Below, in pieces: positions 58,786 through 64,000 of a stretch of 64,000 bases of DNA. Below the pieces are notes generated by a model, which did not search any database, had not been told where the DNA came from, and saw only the letters and a list, made by a program, of their open reading frames with translations. The first letter of the stretch is position 1. Each line of letters opens with the position of its first letter. Origin of the DNA: Pseudomonadota bacterium (GTDB lineage: Bacteria; Desulfobacterota; Binatia; Binatales; Binataceae); assembly GCA_021324455.1 (NCBI GenBank), contig JAJPJA010000159.1, positions 39,239 through 103,238 on the forward strand. Reading direction: 5' to 3'. Both the position numbers and the translations under genes were made by a program.

Positions 58786-60957
58786 TCACTCGTAGCGCAG
58801 GGCTTCGATCGGGTCGAGCATCGACGCCTTGCTGGCCGGATAGTAGCCGAAGAAGATCCCGATCAGGGCCGAGAAGACAAACCCTCCCGCCACCGCCAGC
58901 GGCGACACCAGCACCGGCCATCCCGCCAGCGCCGATATCATCTTCGAGGCCGCCACGCCCAGCGCGATTCCCGCCAACCCGCCCAGCGCGCTCAACAGGG
59001 TAGCCTCGACCAGGAACTGCATCAGGATCTGCGCGCGCCGTGCGCCAATCGCCTTGCGGATGCCGATCTCGCGGGTGCGCTCCGTGACCGAAACCAGCAG
59101 GATGTTCATGATTCCGATGCCGCCCACCAGCAGCGAAATCGACGCCACCGTGCCCAACAGCAGCGTCAACACGCGGCTGGCGCTCTCGGAGGCCTGCGCG
59201 ATATCGCTCAGGCTGCGCACGGTGAAGTCGTCGTCCTGGCCGGCGGCGATGTGATGTCTGCGATGCAGCGTGTCGCGCGCCGCTGCCTGCGCCGCGTCAA
59301 TCGCGCCCGCGTCGGCCGCCTGGATGAAAATCATGTTGACCACGCCCGAAATCTTGGGCGCGCTGCCGAACGGACTGACCAACGCCGAGGCCGATTGATA
59401 CACCGGGCTCGACGCGGTAGTGCTGGGCAGGCCAAGGTACGGGTTGAGCACCGGGTTGGTGGATCCGGTGGAACTGGCCGGCACGGTCGCGCTTACCTGC
59501 GAGGTGCCCAGCACTTTGCGCTCGGCGGTGTTGAACGGCATCAGCACCACGTCGTCCTGATCCTGCCCGAAGTTGGACTGGCCCTTGGAACTCAGCAAGC
59601 CGACAACGCGAATCGGCACGCCTTTGACCCGGATGACGGCGCCGACCGGATTTTCCCCCTCGCCGAACAGGTTGTTGACCACCGTCTGCCCGAGCAGGCA
59701 TACGGCGGCGCCGGCGCGCGACTCATCGTCAGTGAAGTTGCGTCCCGCCGCCAGCGGCCATTGCCGCACGGTGAGGTAGGACGGCGTCACCCCGTTGATA
59801 CTGGTGCTCCAGTTGCGGTCGCCGTTGACTACCTGCGCCACCTGCCGATTCATGTAGCTGACCGCGGAGACGGCGGGCGACTCCTTCATGATCGCGTCGG
59901 CGTCGGCCGTGGTCAGGGTGGAGATACTGCCGAAACCGGCGCGTACGCCGTTGGACGTGGTCGCACCCGGCAGCACCACGACCAGGTTGCTGCCCAAACT
60001 CTGGATCTGATCGCGCACCGAGGCGCTGGCGCCCTGCCCCACCGCGACCGTCGCGATCACCGCGGCCACGCCGATGAACACGCCCAGCATGGTCAGCGCC
60101 GACCGCATCTTGTTGCGCCGCAGCGCGCGCCACGCCGCCACCAGCGCCATCTGCGCAAACGCCCCCGACCCCGAAGACGACGCCCGCGGCGAAGCCGGCA
60201 CGGCGCCAACCTGAGCAATTGGCGCTGTGGGAGGCCTGGTTCTGCGGTCCGACACCACGATCCCGTCGCGCAGCGTAATCACGCGGTTGGCGTAGGCCGC
60301 GACGTCGGCTTCGTGAGTGACGATGATTATGGTCAGCCCCTGCTCCTGGTTGAGCCGGCGGATTATCGCCATGATCTCGTTGGAGTTCTGCGTATCCAGG
60401 TTGCCGGTCGGTTCGTCCGCCAGCACGATCGCGGGATTGTTGACCAGCGCCCGCGCGATCGCCACCCGCTGCTGCTGTCCCCCGGAAAGCTGATTGGGAT
60501 GATTGGCTTCGCGTCCGGCCAGCCCGACCATTCGCAACAGTTCCCCGGCCCGCGCCGGCCCGTCCTGCGCCGCGCCGCAGTAGAACAGCGGCAGCTCCAC
60601 GTTTTCGGCGGCGCTGGCGCGCACGAGCAGATTGAAGTTCTGGAACACAAAGCCGATACGGCGGCCGCGGATATCGGCCAGCGCTTCGTCATCGAGCATC
60701 GCCGCGTCCACGCCTTCGAGCAGATACTGGCCGCGGGTGGGCCGGTCCAGGCATCCGAGGATGTTCATCAGGGTCGACTTGCCCGATCCCGAAGCACCCA
60801 TGATGGCGACGAAATCGCCGCGCTCGATACTCAGGTTGACGGCGCGCAGCGCGTTTATTTCGACCTCGCCGACCAAATAGGTCTTGTCGAGGTTCCTGAT
60901 TTCGATCAGTGCCGCCGCAGTTTCCTGCTTGGCCGCGGTCCGGGTCTGGCCTGGCAT
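58786..60957 (-). CDS. MacB-type fused ABC ATPase-permease
   Basis: GASGSGKST, LSGGQQQR, DEPTGNLD, RSALTMLG, VTERTREIGIRKA, GYYPA. Confidence 0.95.
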   Translation of the reverse strand: MPGQTRTAAKQETAAALIEIRNLDKTYLVGEVEINALRAVNLSIERGDFVAIMGASGSGKSTLMNILGCLDRPTRGQYLLEGVDAAMLDDEALADIRGRRIGFVFQNFNLLVRASAAENVELPLFYCGAAQDGPARAGELLRMVGLAGREANHPNQLSGGQQQRVAIARALVNNPAIVLADEPTGNLDTQNSNEIMAIIRRLNQEQGLTIIIVTHEADVAAYANRVITLRDGIVVSDRRTRPPTAPIAQVGAVPASPRASSSGSGAFAQMALVAAWRALRRNKMRSALTMLGVFIGVAAVIATVAVGQGASASVRDQIQSLGSNLVVVLPGATTSNGVRAGFGSISTLTTADADAIMKESPAVSAVSYMNRQVAQVVNGDRNWSTSINGVTPSYLTVRQWPLAAGRNFTDDESRAGAAVCLLGQTVVNNLFGEGENPVGAVIRVKGVPIRVVGLLSSKGQSNFGQDQDDVVLMPFNTAERKVLGTSQVSATVPASSTGSTNPVLNPYLGLPSTTASSPVYQSASALVSPFGSAPKISGVVNMIFIQAADAGAIDAAQAAARDTLHRRHHIAAGQDDDFTVRSLSDIAQASESASRVLTLLLGTVASISLLVGGIGIMNILLVSVTERTREIGIRKAIGARRAQILMQFLVEATLLSALGGLAGIALGVAASKMISALAGWPVLVSPLAVAGGFVFSALIGIFFGYYPASKASMLDPIEALRYE

Positions 60958-60993
60958 AATCAGCCTTTACGCGCCGGTTTCGATTGTACCCCT

Positions 60994-62229
60994 TCAGCCA
61001 ACAAACCGCCCGATCGGATTGATCCGCCGCACCCGCGCCGGCATGGCGGCGCCGGTGGCCACAACGTCTCCTTCATGCAGATCGCCGCTTACGATCTCCA
61101 CGTTCTGGCCGTCGCTGATGCCGGTGGTTACCGCCACCTGACGCGTGGTACCGCCGTTGACGACCCGCACCGAGGGCCGACGCTGCCCGGCAGTATCCGG
61201 CTCGAACCTGAGCGCCGCTACCGGCACGCGCAGCACGCCGTCGTGCCGCGCGGTTTCCAGGTTGACGTTGGCGGTCATTCCCGGCTTCAACAGCAACCCA
61301 GGATTGGCCACGCCTATCACGACGTCGTATGTGACGACGTTCTGCACCGTTATGGGAGCCTGCCGTACCTGGCTGACCGTGCCGGAAAACTCGCGGTCGG
61401 GGAACGCATCAACGCTGAAGCTCGCCGCCTGGCCCGGCTGGATCCCGCCGATATCGGACTCGCTGACGTTGGCGTCGACCTGCATCCGGGTAAGGTCCCT
61501 GGCGATTAGAAACAAGGTCGGCGTCTGAAAACTGGCCGCCACGGTCTGCCCCACGTCCACGTTGCGCGATACCACCACGCCGTCAACCGGAGAGACGATA
61601 TTGGTATAGTCGAGGTTTACCTCGGCCTCCTTAAGCGCGCTCTGCTGCTGCGCGATATTGGCCTGGTCCAGCGCGACCTGCGCCGCCGCCTGCCGATAGG
61701 CGCTGCGCGCGCTGTCCGCGGCGTCGGCCGAAACCACCTGCGCCTGGTAGAGTTGGTCCTGGCGCTGCGCGCTGATCCTCTTGTATTCGGCGTCGGCCTG
61801 GTCCTTGCGCATCTGCGCCTGGGCGTTGGCCAATGCAGCTTTGGCTTCATCGACCTTCATCTGGAAGGGCCGCGGATCGATTTTCGCAATGAGCTGACCC
61901 TGCTTCACCTGCGCATTGAAGTCGGCGTAGATGGCCTGGATCGGACCCGAAACGTAGCTCCCGACCTGAACCGTGGCGACCGGATTGACGGTGCCGGTGG
62001 CGTTGACCGACATCGCTATGGTACCGCGCGTCACCGGGGCGGTCGTATAGAGCGGGGGCGCGGAATGTCTCGCGCTCAGATAAATCGCCCCTGCGATTGC
62101 CAACCCGGCGGCCAACACCATCCATCGCGGCAGTCCAGCGCCGGCCGCGACCAGACGCCTGCCAGCGGCGGCCACGCCGTCCCTGCTGCCGCCCGCGAGC
62201 GGCCGAAGAATGGTCAGGCTGCTATCCAT
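60994..62229 (-). CDS. MacA-type periplasmic adaptor subunit
   Basis: VQVGSYVSG, SPVDGVV, GQTVAASFQTPTLF, LKPGMTANV. Confidence 0.92.
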   Translation of the reverse strand: MDSSLTILRPLAGGSRDGVAAAGRRLVAAGAGLPRWMVLAAGLAIAGAIYLSARHSAPPLYTTAPVTRGTIAMSVNATGTVNPVATVQVGSYVSGPIQAIYADFNAQVKQGQLIAKIDPRPFQMKVDEAKAALANAQAQMRKDQADAEYKRISAQRQDQLYQAQVVSADAADSARSAYRQAAAQVALDQANIAQQQSALKEAEVNLDYTNIVSPVDGVVVSRNVDVGQTVAASFQTPTLFLIARDLTRMQVDANVSESDIGGIQPGQAASFSVDAFPDREFSGTVSQVRQAPITVQNVVTYDVVIGVANPGLLLKPGMTANVNLETARHDGVLRVPVAALRFEPDTAGQRRPSVRVVNGGTTRQVAVTTGISDGQNVEIVSGDLHEGDVVATGAAMPARVRRINPIGRFVG

Positions 62230-62863
62230 GATTGCTGCTCTCCTCCGCGCGGCGCATCTCGCGCAGCGCGTCCAGGCTGAATTCAGTGATATGTTCCGCG
62301 ATGCGCCCGGGGTCCATCCGCTCTTTGGGATAAAGGGCGGCCAGAACCGGCCGGGCGTTGCGATAGAACATGCATTGACCAACGATACTGAACACGCACA
62401 TCCGGATGCGGCCGCGCGGCACCGCGGGCCCGGCGATTTCACGCACCAGATTTTCCAGGTACTCGTGGCGTGGCCGCACTTCCTCTTCATACAGACGGTC
62501 GAGCATTCCGCTCGGTTGTGCGATCTCACGCGCGATCAAAATACCGTGCCAGGCAGGACGTCCCTCGCCCAAAATCCGCCCGACGAAAGCCCTGATATAG
62601 GCCCGCAGACGATCTTCGGCCACAAGACCGGCGGCGATCCCGGATTCCTGCTGCGCCGCGCGCTGATGCGCGTAGCGGAAGACTTCGGCGTAAAGGCTCT
62701 GTTTGTCGCGGAAATGGTAATTGACCGCGGCAATGTTGGCCCCGGCGCGCCGGCAGATCTCCTGGATGGTGCCGTCGCGGTAGCCGCGTTCGGCAAACAC
62801 TTCACCCGCGGCTTCGAGCAGCCGCTGGCGGGTAGCGGGGGATCTTTTGCCGGTATTTTGCAT
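62222..62863 (-). CDS. TetR-family regulator with DUF1956 domain (CecR/CerR-like)
   Basis: LLEAAGEVFAERGY, ANIAAVNYHFRDK, SIVGQC. Confidence 0.9.
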   Translation of the reverse strand: MQNTGKRSPATRQRLLEAAGEVFAERGYRDGTIQEICRRAGANIAAVNYHFRDKQSLYAEVFRYAHQRAAQQESGIAAGLVAEDRLRAYIRAFVGRILGEGRPAWHGILIAREIAQPSGMLDRLYEEEVRPRHEYLENLVREIAGPAVPRGRIRMCVFSIVGQCMFYRNARPVLAALYPKERMDPGRIAEHITEFSLDALREMRRAEESSNHG

Positions 62864-62893
62864 CGCCCTCGGGCGCTCTCTTCAAATGACCAA

Positions 62894-62926
62894 TTCAAAT
62901 ATAGACTTGAAATCCCCGTTGGTCAA
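62894..62926 (-). promoter_or_regulatory. sigma70 promoter with overlapping palindromic operator
   Basis: Minus strand TTGACC-N17-TATATT; TTCAA-N8-TTGAA inverted repeat (62894-62911) covers the -10. Confidence 0.7.
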
Positions 62927-63234
62927 GCGCCCTGTTCGGCGGCGCCGGTTGGGTAAACCCATGCGCCGACGGCGCCGCGATGGAACGACTGCTGGCAGGC
63001 GAGCTTATCAAGCTGCAAGGTGTTCGAAGATGAATCAGATTGATACAGATTGTATTAGCTAACCAGTTTTGATAGTCCGCCGCGAGTTCTCTTGTATATT
63101 TTGGCGACAATATATCAGCGGCATAGTGTATCGATTAGAACCAACCTAGCTTTCTAATAGAAATTGAGTGACTTGAGGTCTGCGTGCTCTTCTTTTCTGG
63201 TACAGAGGGCATCGATGAGTTATTATCCGGGAAA

Positions 63235-64000
63235 ATGTCGCTGGCTCTTCGTTCACGATGGCATCACGCCAGATTTCTGGTCTTTTTGACGGTTTTGATT
63301 CTCTATGCCGCGCCTCTCGCGGCCGCGCCGGTCATTGCCAACCGGGTGCTGGGGCAAATCGACTTCGTCCATAACGGCCCCAATATCGTGTCCAACGCCG
63401 GACTGTGGACGCCGCACGCGGTCGCCGTCGATCGCAGCGTCACCCCCAATCGCGTCTATGTGGCCGACTCCGGCAATCATCGCGTACTGGGATGGCGCAG
63501 TATTGCGGCCTTGACCAACGGCAGTCCGGCCGACCTGGTGATCGGTCAGACGGATTTTCTGTCGTGGAGTGCGGAATGCAACAACGCGGCGGTAACCGGC
63601 GCCACCCTGTGCTTTCCCTCTGACGTTGCGGTCGACCCCTTGGGCAATCTTTACGTCGTCGACCAGGGCAACAACCGGGTGCTCGAATACGACGATCCGT
63701 TCAATACCGACACGCTGCCCGACATGGTTTTCGGCCAGGGCGGCAGTTTCACCTCCAGCGCGTGCAATCTGGGCGGCAACATCAGCGCCGCGACCTTATG
63801 CAATCCAACCGGTGTCGGGGTTGATTCGGCGGGCAATGTTTACGTGGCCGACACCTCGAACTCGCGTGTGCTCGAGTACGATTTGCCGCTGGCGACCGAT
63901 GTAATCGCGGATCGGGTATTCGGACAGGCCAACGGGTTCGACAGCGGGAGCTGCAATCTGGGCGGTGCGGCCAGTGCCGGGACCTTGTGTATTCCGGCCG
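63235..64000 (+). CDS. Secreted NHL-repeat protein (runs off the window; absent from the ORF track)
   Basis: ATG 63235 MSLALRSR..., signal peptide, repeats ADxVxGQ...C...TLCxPxxVxVDxxGNxYVxDxxNxRVLEYD; no stop before 64000. Confidence 0.85.
   Translation, partial: MSLALRSRWHHARFLVFLTVLILYAAPLAAAPVIANRVLGQIDFVHNGPNIVSNAGLWTPHAVAVDRSVTPNRVYVADSGNHRVLGWRSIAALTNGSPADLVIGQTDFLSWSAECNNAAVTGATLCFPSDVAVDPLGNLYVVDQGNNRVLEYDDPFNTDTLPDMVFGQGGSFTSSACNLGGNISAATLCNPTGVGVDSAGNVYVADTSNSRVLEYDLPLATDVIADRVFGQANGFDSGSCNLGGAASAGTLCIPA

Noticed and set aside
140..61509. Many long antisense or alternate-frame ORFs (e.g. 140-1432, 12880-14088, 35128-36504, 49589-51271, 59251-61509)
   Set aside because: They are shadows of well-supported genes in high-GC DNA and carry no family motifs
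28433..63177. GACTTGA recurring upstream of the GT2, fibre and NHL genes
   Set aside because: A 7-mer at inconsistent distances is too short to separate from chance or generic -35 boxes

Overview
High-GC bacterial chromosomal window. The heavy paralogy of LLM/F420 oxidoreductases, amidohydrolases, family III CoA-transferases, SDRs and thiolases, plus Deltaproteobacteria-like housekeeping synteny, suggests Candidatus Binatota; this is inference only. Housekeeping blocks: ispE-tRNA-Gln-prs-rplY-dnaE-hflX-pgsA-like, coaBC-udg-nfeD-slipin, meaB, tRNA-Met and msrA. These are interleaved with many catabolic genes, an OmpR/HK pair, a CecR-type TetR-MacA-MacB operon and three secreted proteins. I saw no CRISPR array, integrase, transposase or prophage. 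Most notable: (1) a translationally coupled murL-murD2 pair, the glutamate-racemase-independent route to D-Glu in peptidoglycan; (2) hflX whose conserved N-terminus lies upstream of any ATG/GTG/TTG, implying a non-canonical start; (3) a signal-peptide protein with about 24 17-aa repeats and a phage-type S74 autochaperone outside any prophage, whose 3' end runs into an antisense Kelch pseudogene; (4) an orphan CoA-transferase/amidohydrolase/Cys-less thiolase-DUF35 catabolic cluster; (5) candidate structured RNAs and a small ORF. I cannot show from sequence alone that any of these is a wholly new system. Start codons were often re-chosen by eye relative to the ORF track.
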